From assembly GCA_041674765.1 (NCBI GenBank), contig JBAYVE010000001.1, positions 70,177-134,176 of the forward strand: a stretch of 64,000 bases of DNA, written 5' to 3'. The notes under the pieces are model-generated. The model was not told the origin of the DNA. It made no database searches and saw nothing but the letters and a program-made list of their open reading frames with translations. Every line of letters begins with the position of its first letter. Position 1 is the first letter of the stretch. Source of the stretch: Patescibacteria group bacterium (GTDB taxonomy: Bacteria; Patescibacteriota; UBA1384; XYA2-FULL-43-10; 1-14-0-10-43-13). Of this stretch, positions 50,187 to 59,453 are shown piece after piece. The position numbers and the translations under genes were made by a program.

Positions 50187-50285
50187 ATCTAATGCTAATG
50201 GCTAATAGGGCTAATTAAGCTAAAATTATTATTGTTTGAATTCTTATTAGCGTAATTAGTTCTTTTCGCTATTGGCTTTAATTTT
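50187..50285. repeat. Copy 2 of the duplicated upstream leader element, 5' of rpsR
   Basis: ctaatgctaatggctaatagggctaattaagct ... ttttcgctattggcttta. Confidence 0.5.
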
Positions 50286-50295
50286 TAAAATGGTA

Positions 50296-50400
50296 TGTCT
50301 TCGATATTTATTTTCCCGACGCTTCAGTCGGGATTCCGACATCCTTTTTAGGATCGTCGGAACCTAAACATCTAGAACGGAATGTCTTCGATATTTATTT
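50296..50400. repeat. Small palindromic insertion (~60 nt) flanked by a 19-nt direct repeat (ATGTCTTCGATATTTATTT) that duplicates the 3' end of ssb
   Basis: The direct repeats lie at ~50296-50314 and ~50380-50398. The inner sequence contains CCCGAC-gcttca-GTCGGG and TTCCGACATCCT/AGGATCGTCGGAA hairpins. Confidence 0.5.
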
Positions 50401-50812
50401 CATCGTCTTTGCTACTGGAGGCGATATCTGCGACAGGGTTTTCATCTTTTGGTGCAGATGGAGTGTAGCCGCTCTTATCTCTGCTTCCCAAGACGATCAC
50501 ATTGTCAGCGATAATTTCGGTTTTGTATCTTTTAACCCCGTCTTGACCTTCCCAGTTTCTGGTCTGCAATCTTCCTTCGACGAAGGCGGGCGCACCTTTT
50601 TTCAACATGGGAATCACAGCCTCGGCTTGCTTGCCCCAAATGACGATATCATGATATTGAGTATCTTCCCCGTCAGCTGCGCCATCTCGTCCTTTCCATT
50701 TGCGGTTGGTCGCGACCGTAAAGTTCGCAACTGCCTGGCCGTTTGGCGTGAATCTCATCTCTGGATCTTTGGTCAAATTCCCTAATATTTGAGCGCGATT
50801 CAAACTAAGCAT
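50372..50812 (-). CDS. ssb: Single-stranded DNA-binding protein
   Basis: OB-fold N-terminus (LNRAQILGNLTKDPEMRFTPNGQAVANFTVATNRKWK) and an acidic C-terminal DDEINIEDIPF tail. Confidence 0.9.
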   Translation of the reverse strand: MLSLNRAQILGNLTKDPEMRFTPNGQAVANFTVATNRKWKGRDGAADGEDTQYHDIVIWGKQAEAVIPMLKKGAPAFVEGRLQTRNWEGQDGVKRYKTEIIADNVIVLGSRDKSGYTPSAPKDENPVADIASSSKDDEINIEDIPF

Positions 50813-50829
50813 AAATACCTTTCTTCGAT

Positions 50830-50954
50830 CCGCCAGCTGGCGGAAATTTCGAATTTCTAATTACTAATTTCTCATTCGAGTCTGCCTTCGATTCACACTC
50901 AGGCCCTGAGCCTGTCGAATGGGAGCCTGAGGGCTCTTCCCTCAGAGTCGAAGA
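50830..50954. repeat. Intergenic palindromes between ssb and rpsF: CCGCCAGCTGGCGG plus a REP-like element with core CCTGAGCCTGTCGAATGGGAGCCTGAGGG
   Basis: Seen in sequence. The core matches the element at 38708..38782. Confidence 0.55.
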
Positions 50955-51050
50955 CTAATCAAATCCTAAACTTTCAATGATCAAATGTCAAAATTTATCA
51001 TTTTAATTTTTGGATATTGGTCATTGATTAGTCATTCTTAATTTAGAAAC

Positions 51051-51755
51051 TTACAGCTCATCTTTTAGAATGTCATCGAGCTCTTCGTTGAGCTTGGATA
51101 GTCTTTCTGCTTCATCGGCAGAATCTTTCTTTTTGGCTGTCTTCTTGACCGGCTTTTCTGCTACAGTTTTTTCTTTCTTTTCCTCAACTTTTTCTTTCTT
51201 GATGACCTTCGTTTTCTTTTCGGTTTTTGGCTTTTCTGTTTCTACTTCTTCTTTTTCTTCAACTTTTGCTTCTTTGACAGGTTCTGTAGCTTCTGCCTGA
51301 GCAGGTTCTTCTTCTGCGGCCACGGCCTTTTCGTCACGTTTGGCCATCAGATCCTTGCTTTCATCAGTTTCACCCTCGATGGCTTCAAATGATTTTTCCC
51401 CACCGACTACATTTTCAATTTCTTCGGTCTGAGCGATTTCTTCCGAAGAAAGTGAAAGTGCCTCATGACCTAGATCTTTCACAATGATCAATTGGCGGAC
51501 TACCTCTGTCATAAGTCGAACATCTCGGTCAAATTCCTTCATCTTTTCAGCGGGAAGGTCGAAATTAAGGGTTACATAGGTAGCAAACTCCTGTTTAGCA
51601 ATAGGATAGGCGAGCTTGCGTCTGCCCCAAATTTCTTCCTTAGCAGCTTTACCGCCAAGCTCTGAAATTAAACCGCCAATTTTGCCGGTTACTTTGTTTA
51701 AATCACTCTCCGGTACCTTATCAGAAATAAGGTACGTCATTTCGTACTTTCTCAA
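51051..51755 (-). CDS. rpsF: 30S ribosomal protein S6 with long Glu/Lys-rich C-terminal extension
   Basis: N-terminal ~100 aa MRKYEMTYLISDKVPESDLNKVTGKIGGLISELGGKAAKEEIWGRRKLAYPI match S6. The C-terminal ~130 aa are low-complexity EK repeats. Confidence 0.8.
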   Translation of the reverse strand: MRKYEMTYLISDKVPESDLNKVTGKIGGLISELGGKAAKEEIWGRRKLAYPIAKQEFATYVTLNFDLPAEKMKEFDRDVRLMTEVVRQLIIVKDLGHEALSLSSEEIAQTEEIENVVGGEKSFEAIEGETDESKDLMAKRDEKAVAAEEEPAQAEATEPVKEAKVEEKEEVETEKPKTEKKTKVIKKEKVEEKKEKTVAEKPVKKTAKKKDSADEAERLSKLNEELDDILKDEL

Positions 51756-51787
51756 GATTCTCCTTTCACGGCGCTAGCATTTCAACT

Positions 51788-51812
51788 GTCATTCCGGACT
51801 TGATCCGGAATC
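51788..51812. repeat. REP-like hairpin GTCATTCCGGA-cttga-TCCGGAAT in the rpsF leader
   Basis: Perfect 8-bp stem. Flanked by the GCGCTAGC ... GACGCTAGC direct repeat. Confidence 0.5.
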
Positions 51813-51956
51813 TATTGAATAGTTTAAGTCCAATTTAGTTCGGACGCTAGCTCTTCCTATCTCTAGGAAGAAAAAGTTAATTAATTTGTAAGCTCATAAT
51901 AGCAGAAATTCTTCCTTGCGTCAAATAAAATGATTTCTAATTAATGTATATGTGCA

Positions 51957-52925
51957 TTATCGCACTAATACAGTTTTATCGCTTTTTTCTAATATTTTCT
52001 TTGCCTTCGCGATCTCTTCCTCAGTCGGCGGCTTGATTCCTTCCAATGGATATTTCCAGCCAAGCTTCTCATATTTATCAACTCCCAAAGTATGGTAGGG
52101 GAGAATTTCAATTCTGTCTAGATTTTTGAAACGCCCCACCACCTGGGCCGTTTCCTCTAAATATTTCTTTTGATCGGTGTAGCCAGGGACTAGTACATAG
52201 CGGATCCAAACTGGCTTGTTGATTGACTCTAGATAATTTAAGAATTCGATCGCCGGCACGCAATCGTTATTGCTCGATTGTTCAATTGTTCCATTGTTAT
52301 TGTCATCCTCGGGACCGGCGGTGCTCTTGAGAGTGGTGTCCGGGGATCCATTTTGGTTGCTATTGATTATTTGCTCTTCAATTTTGCGGATTCCTGCCTT
52401 CACAGGAATGACAGGTAAATTTGTTGATGCTGGTATTAATGCTGTGTTGGGATCCTGAAACGAGTTCAGGGTGACACCACTATTTTGCCCTTTGCTTTTT
52501 GCCTTTTGAGTTACGATATCGTGCCAAAGCGGATTGATATGTTTAATATCAAGCAAGACTAGATCGGTATACCGAAGCAACTCTTTGATAGAATTATTTA
52601 ATATCGATCCATTCGTATCTAGAGCGGTGTGAATGCCCAAGGATTTGAGTTCCTTGAATAGTTCAAGAATCTCATCCGCTTGTAGAAGCGGCTCTCCGCC
52701 GGAAACCGTAACTCCGCCATTTTTACCAAAATAGGGAATACTATTTTTGATTTTAGTAATTAATTGCTCTCTTTCGCCTTTTTGCTTTTTACTTTTAACT
52801 TTTATTGCTTGGCTATCCGGATTGTGGCAATAAAGACATTTGTAATTACAGCCTTGCGCAAAGATAACAAAGCGGATGCCAGGTCCTTCGTGGGTGCCAA
52901 ATGTTTCGATCGAGTGGATATTCAT
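51957..52925 (-). CDS. pflA: Pyruvate formate-lyase activating enzyme (glycyl-radical activase, radical SAM) with ~75-aa low-complexity insertion
   Basis: GCNYKCLYCHNPDS (CxxxCxxC) and GGVTVSGGEPLLQ. Start trimmed to the internal ATG (MNIHSIETFG) at ~52925. The insertion is NQNGSPDTTLKSTAGPEDDNNNGTIEQSSNND. Confidence 0.8.
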   Translation of the reverse strand: MNIHSIETFGTHEGPGIRFVIFAQGCNYKCLYCHNPDSQAIKVKSKKQKGEREQLITKIKNSIPYFGKNGGVTVSGGEPLLQADEILELFKELKSLGIHTALDTNGSILNNSIKELLRYTDLVLLDIKHINPLWHDIVTQKAKSKGQNSGVTLNSFQDPNTALIPASTNLPVIPVKAGIRKIEEQIINSNQNGSPDTTLKSTAGPEDDNNNGTIEQSSNNDCVPAIEFLNYLESINKPVWIRYVLVPGYTDQKKYLEETAQVVGRFKNLDRIEILPYHTLGVDKYEKLGWKYPLEGIKPPTEEEIAKAKKILEKSDKTVLVR

Positions 52926-52952
52926 TGGTAAGATTACCCGTATCGCGTAATT

Positions 52953-53030
52953 GTCATTGCGAGGAGTGAATCTTGCGACGTGGCAATCCATCAGTATGAT
53001 AGATTGCCACGCAAGTACACTCGCAATGAC
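52953..53030. repeat. REP-like nested palindrome (outer arms GTCATTGCGAG / CTCGCAATGAC; inner CTTGCG(AC)GTGGCAATC / GATTGCCACGCAAG) between pflB and pflA
   Basis: Seen in sequence. Confidence 0.55.
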
Positions 53031-53088
53031 GCAGGAAGTGAATTACGGAAACAGTGGTAAATATTAAAACATTTTATTAAGTATCCAA

Positions 53089-55308
53089 TTAAAGTGAATG
53101 GTGAAAAGTACGTTTCAAGACTTCCTCTTGGTGCTTCTTTGATAACTTGACGAAGTTTACAGCATAACCAGAAACTCTGATAGTGAGCTGGGGATAGAGT
53201 TCAGGATGATCCATTGCGTCAATTAGTGTTTCACGGTTTAAAACATTGACGTTTAGGTGATGGGCATTTTTTGAAAAATATCCAGATAAAAGAGCGGTTA
53301 AATTTTCTTTTTGCTCTTCTAGGTCGGCGCCTAGAGTGTGAGGCGTGATGGAAAAGGTATTTGAAATGCCGTCATTGGCGTCCTTGTAACCAAGCTTTGC
53401 AACCGAGTTTAGTGAAGCGATTGCTCCTGAATTATCCCTGCCATGCATCGGATTTGCCCCGGGTGCGAATGGTTCGCCAGCTTTGCGTCCGTCCGGAGTA
53501 GCGCCAGTTTTCTTACCGTATACAACATTGGAAGTGATGGTCAGAATAGATAGTGTTGGCTTTGCGTCTCTATAGATATGGTGCTTTTGAAGCTCCGTTT
53601 TGAAGCTGGCGACTACTTTTTGAGTAATATTATCTATTTGGTCGTCGTCATTGCCGTATTTGGGGAAATCACCTATGACTTCAAAATCAATAGCAAGACC
53701 ATCCTCGTTCCGGATCGGTTTGACTTTGGCATATTTGATAGCGGATAGAGAATCGGCCACAACAGAGAGGCCGGCGGCGCCAAATGCCATCACTCTAAAT
53801 GGCTTAGAATCCAAAAGTGCCATCTGTGCCCGCTCGTAATAATATTTGTCGTGCATGTAGTGAATGATATTCATAGTGTCCACATACATCTCAGCAATTT
53901 TTGCGGAGGTTCTCTTGTAGTTTTCCCAAACCTGCTCAAAATCCAAATATTCACTATCCAATTTCTCAATATTATCAACAATTTTTGTTCCTTTTACCTC
54001 GTCTCTCCCGCCATTTATCGCTAGAAGAAGTGTTTTAGCGAGATTGCATCGAGCCCCGAAGTATTGCATCATTTTGCCGGTCTTAAGCAGGGACACACAG
54101 CATGAAATACCATAATCGTCATAGCCGTATTCTTCCCTCATCAAATCATCGTTCTCATACTGAATCGATGAGGTGTCGATCGAGACTTTAGCTGCAAATT
54201 TCTGAAAATTTTTAGGTAAATTTTTGCTCCAAAGAACGGTAAGATTTGGTTCGGGCGAAGGCCCTAAATTATAAAGTGTTTGCAAGAAGCGGTACGTAGT
54301 TTTTGTTACCTTGTGCTGGCCATTTTGCCAAGAACCGCCAAGGGATTCGGTCAGCCAAGCAGGATCTCCGGCAAAAAGATCATTATACTCACCGGCTCTG
54401 AGATGGCGGACTAGCCTTAGTTTAATAATGAATTGGTCTACAAGTTCCTGTGCCTCTTCCTCAGTCAATTTTTTATTGGCGATATCATTCTCTATGAAAA
54501 CATCGAAGAATGAGCTTACGTTCCCAAGGCTCATTGCGGCGCCGTCTTGTTCTTTTAGGGCTGCCAAGTAGGCGAAATACGTCCATTGAATCGCTTCTTT
54601 TGCATTTTTAGCCGGCGTCGAGATATCAAATCCATATTCAGCTGCCATAGATTTGATCATCGAGAGAGCCTTGATTTGCTCTGAGACTTCTTCGCGCAGC
54701 CTGATCAGCTCATCGGTCATAGAACCATCTAAAATTATTTTATCCTTCTCTTTTTCTTCGATAAGTTTATCGATGCCGAAGAGAGCAACCCGGCGGTAAT
54801 CACCAATAATTCTTCCTCTAGCGTAATTGTCAGGGAGTCCGGTGAGGATGCCGAGAGAGCGGAGGTTTCTGATTTCGGGAGTATAGACATCAAAAACACC
54901 GTCATTGTGAGTCTTTCGGTATTTGGTGCATATCGACACTATTTCCGGATTTATTTGGCGGTTGTACTCTTCACAAGCCTTGGCAGCCACTCTGATACCG
55001 CCAAATGGTTTCACGGCTCGCTTCAACGGCTCATCTGTCTGGATACCGACTATTTCCTCCAAATCTTTTTCGATATAGCCAGGGCGGTGGCTCGTGATCG
55101 TTGAGATTGTTTCTGTATCGATATCTAGGACGTTGCCGAAAGAATCTCTCTCTTTGGTAAGCAAATCCTTGCATTTACTCCATAGTTTCTGAGTTTTTTT
55201 ACTCGCGCCGACCAAAAATGTTTCGTCTCCATCATAAGGGGTAATATTTTCAAAAATAAAATCCCGTACATCAATTTCTTCTTGCCACTTTTTACCTTTA
55301 AAAGACAC
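53089..55308 (-). CDS. pflB: Formate C-acetyltransferase (pyruvate formate-lyase, glycyl radical enzyme)
   Basis: 739 aa. The C-terminal glycine-radical motif [11 protein letters not shown] and the active-site region GISCCVS (Cys-Cys) are present. Confidence 0.9.
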   Translation of the reverse strand: MSFKGKKWQEEIDVRDFIFENITPYDGDETFLVGASKKTQKLWSKCKDLLTKERDSFGNVLDIDTETISTITSHRPGYIEKDLEEIVGIQTDEPLKRAVKPFGGIRVAAKACEEYNRQINPEIVSICTKYRKTHNDGVFDVYTPEIRNLRSLGILTGLPDNYARGRIIGDYRRVALFGIDKLIEEKEKDKIILDGSMTDELIRLREEVSEQIKALSMIKSMAAEYGFDISTPAKNAKEAIQWTYFAYLAALKEQDGAAMSLGNVSSFFDVFIENDIANKKLTEEEAQELVDQFIIKLRLVRHLRAGEYNDLFAGDPAWLTESLGGSWQNGQHKVTKTTYRFLQTLYNLGPSPEPNLTVLWSKNLPKNFQKFAAKVSIDTSSIQYENDDLMREEYGYDDYGISCCVSLLKTGKMMQYFGARCNLAKTLLLAINGGRDEVKGTKIVDNIEKLDSEYLDFEQVWENYKRTSAKIAEMYVDTMNIIHYMHDKYYYERAQMALLDSKPFRVMAFGAAGLSVVADSLSAIKYAKVKPIRNEDGLAIDFEVIGDFPKYGNDDDQIDNITQKVVASFKTELQKHHIYRDAKPTLSILTITSNVVYGKKTGATPDGRKAGEPFAPGANPMHGRDNSGAIASLNSVAKLGYKDANDGISNTFSITPHTLGADLEEQKENLTALLSGYFSKNAHHLNVNVLNRETLIDAMDHPELYPQLTIRVSGYAVNFVKLSKKHQEEVLKRTFHHSL

Positions 55309-55373
55309 AAAAGCTCCGTTTGTTTAATTATTTTTATTTGATTCGTTTTATAAAAATTGCCATTCGTTTGAAT

Positions 55374-56456
55374 TTAGACATTGAAGCGAAATACCACCAC
55401 ATCGCCGTCGCGCATGATATAGGTCTTGCCCTCTGTGCGGACCAAGCCTTTAGACTTTGCATTTGTCCAAGTTCCGGCATCAAGCAAATCTTTCCAATTG
55501 ACGATCTCGGCAGCAATAAAACCACGCTCGAAATCACCGTGAATGACCCCGGCCGCCTTCGGCGCAGTATCTCCTTGATGAATAGTCCAAGCGCGAGTTT
55601 CGTCAGGGCCGGTAGTCAAATAAGTCTGGAGACCAAGCACTCTATATGCCTCTTTTATCAGACGATCGAGTCCCGAATCATCAATGCCTAGAGTTTCGAG
55701 ATATTCAGCCTTTTCTTCATCATTTAGCTCATTTAATTCAGCTTCAAGCTTGGCGGAGATTGGAATAAAATTAATTTCAATTTGCTTTTCACTTTCAGCT
55801 TTCAGCTTTTCGCTCAATTGTTCCTCGGAACAATTAGAGATATAAATAATCGGCTTCTGAGTTATTAACCCCAGGCCTTTTAATGCATTCTTCTCAAATT
55901 CATCAAGTTTAGCTTCCCGGGCATTTTTACCTTCTTCCAGCAATTTATAAATCTTTTCGAGGCCTGATTTTGTATAAACAGCTTCCTTATTGTTTCCCTT
56001 CAATTCCTTCTCGACCGCAGAAAGCCTTTTCTCGACGGTAGCAAGGTCGGCTAATTGCAATTCGGTTTCAATGGTTGCAATATCATCCATCGGATCGATT
56101 TTACCCTCGACATGAGTCACGTTTTCGTCAGCGAAAAACCGGACGACCATACCGATCGCATCACATTCTCTGATATGAGCCAGGAATTGATTGCCAAGGC
56201 CCTCGCCTTTCGAAGCGCCGCGGACGAGCCCGGCGATATCGACGAATTCCACGACTGCTGGTACGATTTTCTTCGATTTTGACATCTCTGCGAGAGGCTT
56301 CAATCTTTCATCCGGGACTTCGACAATACCAACATTGGGCTCGATGGTGCAGAAGGGATAATTAGCCGCCTCTGCATGCGAACCTTTTATTAATGCGTTG
56401 AATAAAGTTGATTTACCTACGTTGGGCAAGCCAACAATTGCGATTTTAAGACTCAT
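55374..56456 (-). CDS. ychF: Ribosome-binding ATPase YchF (Obg-family GTPase)
   Basis: [23 protein letters not shown]1 motif, followed by TGS domain. Confidence 0.9.
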   Translation of the reverse strand: MSLKIAIVGLPNVGKSTLFNALIKGSHAEAANYPFCTIEPNVGIVEVPDERLKPLAEMSKSKKIVPAVVEFVDIAGLVRGASKGEGLGNQFLAHIRECDAIGMVVRFFADENVTHVEGKIDPMDDIATIETELQLADLATVEKRLSAVEKELKGNNKEAVYTKSGLEKIYKLLEEGKNAREAKLDEFEKNALKGLGLITQKPIIYISNCSEEQLSEKLKAESEKQIEINFIPISAKLEAELNELNDEEKAEYLETLGIDDSGLDRLIKEAYRVLGLQTYLTTGPDETRAWTIHQGDTAPKAAGVIHGDFERGFIAAEIVNWKDLLDAGTWTNAKSKGLVRTEGKTYIMRDGDVVVFRFNV

Positions 56457-56468
56457 AACAGCTCCTTT

Positions 56469-56603
56469 GTCATTCCTATTCCCGATCAGGTCGAGGGTAA
56501 AGCTCCGGCAGGAATCCAGTTAGATAATAAGGAATTGGATTCTGAATCAAGATACAGATCCCTCGGCTGTGCTCGGGACGACTGCGTCGGTTCAGGATGA
56601 CAC
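56469..56603. repeat. REP-like element (GTCATTCCT ... GGAATCC ... CAGGATGACAC) in the ychF 5' region
   Basis: Imperfect long inverted repeat seen in sequence. Confidence 0.45.
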
Positions 56604-56656
56604 TATTAAATAATGTCATTATTCTATCAGATTGAGCACAAAAAGTCACGTTTAAT

Positions 56657-56682
56657 CAAACGCCCCACCCACATGGGGCGTT
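56657..56682. terminator. Hairpin AAACGCCCCA-cccacat-GGGGCGTTT downstream of the 56702..57016(-) gene
   Basis: Perfect 9-10-bp stem. Confidence 0.6.
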
Positions 56683-56701
56683 TAAATGTTCGAGTGCCAA
56701 T

Positions 56702-57016
56702 TTATCCTTCAATAGAACTCAGTTTTCTTTTACTATAAGCGATGGATATCCAGACGGCGGTAGCCCAGAAGGCAAAAATAACTATTGTCATGGGGACGCC
56801 GTTTTTGATAATTTCGGTCCAAATTATATTTTTATCAGAAGTGAAAAAGGGAAAATAGGGGACGATTTCTCCATTTGCAATATGGTCGACAATCAACATG
56901 AGGACTCCACCCCACATCATCAAAAGCAGCCATTCCGGATGGTATTTGGCGGGAATCTTTTTCTTGATGGTTGTAACTACAAGTGCTGCCGTTGCCGGCG
57001 CTATTAGGCAAGCCAT
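56702..57016 (-). CDS. Small integral membrane protein (104 aa)
   Basis: Three hydrophobic helices. ORF only. Confidence 0.3.
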   Translation of the reverse strand: MACLIAPATAALVVTTIKKKIPAKYHPEWLLLMMWGGVLMLIVDHIANGEIVPYFPFFTSDKNIIWTEIIKNGVPMTIVIFAFWATAVWISIAYSKRKLSSIEG

Positions 57017-57151
57017 AATTATTCTCCTTAGATATTAAGATTATTAAGATATTATAGCTGGTTTGGGAATGTAAGATAAATAGTTAGACAAATCTAGCGG
57101 ATTCTGGTAGAACAAAAAAAGCAAATGTTCATTTGTGGGAGGAATAACAAC

Positions 57152-57529
57152 ATGCCATCTGCCTTCTGTGATCTTGATACTGGCAGCGGGGTCGTACGGC
57201 TAGACCGGGAGTTCCTGACGAGGCTCGAGCAAGTCACTGAGAGACTGGGGCTTGGTACGGATTGCGAAGAAGCTCTTGTCTGTATCATCATGAATTGGCC
57301 GCTGTTGGCACCTGACAGATCCCTATATTATGTCCAAAGCATGGGGACTGTCCCCGGCCAGTTTCATCTCAGCGAAGCCCTGGTTCATATCCTGATTAAC
57401 AGGGCCTATCGAACTCGCGATAAGTCGATCCATTCGGCGGCTGAGATGCTGGAGCTCGCTCTCAACGATGAGCACTTTTATCGAGTCGTCGAGGGCAAAC
57501 CTCGTGACCTGCCAGTCTGGCTGCGGTGA
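57152..57529 (+). CDS. Hypothetical protein (125 aa) in a locally GC-rich segment
   Basis: ATG at 57152 with GGGAGG 10 nt upstream. GC content is clearly above the neighbouring genes. No motif recognised. Confidence 0.35.
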   Translation: MPSAFCDLDTGSGVVRLDREFLTRLEQVTERLGLGTDCEEALVCIIMNWPLLAPDRSLYYVQSMGTVPGQFHLSEALVHILINRAYRTRDKSIHSAAEMLELALNDEHFYRVVEGKPRDLPVWLR

Positions 57530-57585
57530 CCCCGAAAAAACAAGTCTGCTCTGCTGGGATTCGGTCTATGACCGGTCCCGGCTTT

Positions 57586-58296
57586 TTATTTGTATATTGA
57601 GTTATAGAGGTCGTCTTCTTTGCTTATGATTAGGCTTTGCAATTCGTTATCTGAGGGATTGCGGTCTTGGAATTTGACGAATGGTAAATCTTCGATAATT
57701 GCCATCGGGGTTTGCTCGTTGCCTTCGCCCATTGCCACTACTGCGCTAGCGGCCAGACCGTCGGCAATATTGGCTTGCGATACTTCGAGCGGCCGATCGA
57801 AGAGATCAAGTTTGCCCCGATAATCATTTAATGCCTTAAAACCGGAGTGGGCGATGGCAACGCCGGTCGTACCCCAGCGAAGCGGTGAAGTTTTGCTATC
57901 AGTAATAATGACTCCGGCATGTTTTATTCCAAATCTTTCGATTAAATGTTGCCGAATCTGATTTGCTGAACTCTGAGGGTCTCTCGGCCAGAGAATGTAT
58001 TTGCCGTCTCCGTTTGATTCGTCAATGCCGGCAAGGGGGATTAGAATATCATTTTTTATCGTCAGGGGAATATCATACTTGTTCTTACTTTTTATCATAA
58101 AATCCGCCTCTTTTTGGATCAGTTTTTGCTTATCAATTTCGCCAATTTCTACGACATTGCCTTCACAAACGGAGATAATTTTGGAGGTGACTGCCAGAAC
58201 AGATCTATCGTTGAATTCGCGAAGGAATTGATCTAAAACTTCATAAATAGTATGACCTTTGGTAATCTTATCAGTTTTGATGGTTTCAATTTTCAT
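57586..58296 (-). CDS. CofE-like (F420-0:gamma-glutamyl ligase family, PF01996) protein
   Basis: AVTSKIISVCEGNVV and LAGIDESNGDGKYILWPRDPQSSA resemble the CofE/FbiB N-terminal family signatures. Confidence 0.5.
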   Translation of the reverse strand: MKIETIKTDKITKGHTIYEVLDQFLREFNDRSVLAVTSKIISVCEGNVVEIGEIDKQKLIQKEADFMIKSKNKYDIPLTIKNDILIPLAGIDESNGDGKYILWPRDPQSSANQIRQHLIERFGIKHAGVIITDSKTSPLRWGTTGVAIAHSGFKALNDYRGKLDLFDRPLEVSQANIADGLAASAVVAMGEGNEQTPMAIIEDLPFVKFQDRNPSDNELQSLIISKEDDLYNSIYK

Positions 58297-58350
58297 TTTC
58301 TTATTCCTGCATTTACTAAGTACTCAGTACTCAGAACTTAGAACTACTGT

Positions 58351-59007
58351 TTACCACTTCTTTTCTTTTTTTAACCAATTAACGCCCAAATAGACAAACG
58401 GCGTTTCCAAAATTGACATCAAAGATTTAAGAAGCCAATAGGGAAGGATCAACCCTAAGAGGAAGCCTAGATTGTCTCCGAATGGCTTGCCGATGGTGTA
58501 GAAAGCAAGAATCATAAAGATAGAGGTGTCAAAAAATTGGGCGATGATATTAGAAGCATTTGTCCGCAGCCAGAGAGATTTTTGCCCTAATTTTTCTCGA
58601 AGTTTACTGAAGATGAAAATATCGAGGAATTCGGCAAAGGCAAAGGCCATTAGGCTAGCAAGAGATATTCTAATTGATTTTGTGAAAATGTCGTCGTAAG
58701 CTCTCTCGGATCCGGCAAATCGAGCTGACGGCGGAAGGATAGTGGCTAGAATGGAAAAACCGACGAGCAGGGCAACGACAAAAAGGGAAGACCAGACAAT
58801 GCTTCGAGCTCTTTCTTTGCCGTGAACTTCGACGATGATATCATTGACCAGATAAATAATTGGGATGACGAAGATCGCGACTGAGGCGTTCAGTTTTAAA
58901 CCAAAAATTTGAAATAGAGGAAAAGTCTTTGCTCCCATTAATTCTGAAGCGATGACGCAAAAAATGTAAATTGCGATCAGAAGATCAAATCTCTTAATTT
59001 TTGGCAT
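58351..59007 (-). CDS. YhhQ/Vut-family (DUF165) membrane transporter, queuosine-precursor transporter-like
   Basis: ASVAIFVIPIIYLVNDIIVEVHGKERAR resembles the conserved YPxTFLxTDxxxExYG region. 6 TM, 218 aa. Confidence 0.6.
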   Translation of the reverse strand: MPKIKRFDLLIAIYIFCVIASELMGAKTFPLFQIFGLKLNASVAIFVIPIIYLVNDIIVEVHGKERARSIVWSSLFVVALLVGFSILATILPPSARFAGSERAYDDIFTKSIRISLASLMAFAFAEFLDIFIFSKLREKLGQKSLWLRTNASNIIAQFFDTSIFMILAFYTIGKPFGDNLGFLLGLILPYWLLKSLMSILETPFVYLGVNWLKKEKKW

Positions 59008-59265
59008 ATGAATCTTTCCGGCATAGCAAAAATAGCAATTTCTTGCCTTGCCTAGTTAGTTTTGATTTAATTTCGAACTTAAGCCCTCGAGTAATTTATG
59101 TGTGAATAAAATATATCGCCAGATCTAGTAAAATGCAAGGCCTTGTCGTAATTAATCAATCGGCGCATTTCTATTTCGGGAAATAGTGATTACTCGTTAG
59201 CCCGAAGAAACGATCGGTTGAAGATAACTTTCGGAGACGGACCTTGCGTCCGGAAAGGGGATTTA

Positions 59266-59352
59266 TGCCTTCGAGAATCAAGAAATTACGCCTCAAGAAG
59301 TATAAAATCAAAGTTAAGAGAGAACAAAAACGGCGACTGAAGAAGAAGTAAA
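59266..59352 (+). CDS. Very small, highly basic ORF (28 aa, MPSRIKKLRLKKYKIKVKREQKRRLKKK) with GGGGA RBS
   Basis: Not in the ORF track (<60 aa). Preceded by two stem-loops (TTCGGG...CCCGAA, CGGAC-cttgc-GTCCG). Confidence 0.2.
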
Positions 59353-59453
59353 TCTGTCCAAGGTATACGCCGGAGCCTTTCTTTTCGATTGGTTTTGGCT
59401 TTTTTATATGTTACTTGCTTTAAATTTGTGCTTGTTTAGTCTATGATCTATTT

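Noticed and set aside
55320-55691. 123-aa plus-strand ORF at the ychF locus
   Set aside because: It lies antisense within and overlapping the well-supported ychF gene, and has no motif.
59008-59120. preQ1 riboswitch upstream of the YhhQ-like transporter gene
   Set aside because: Only a weak TCGA-loop-TCGA hairpin followed by an A-rich tail (AAATCAAAACTAAC) was seen. The stem is too short and not convincing without a covariance-model search.
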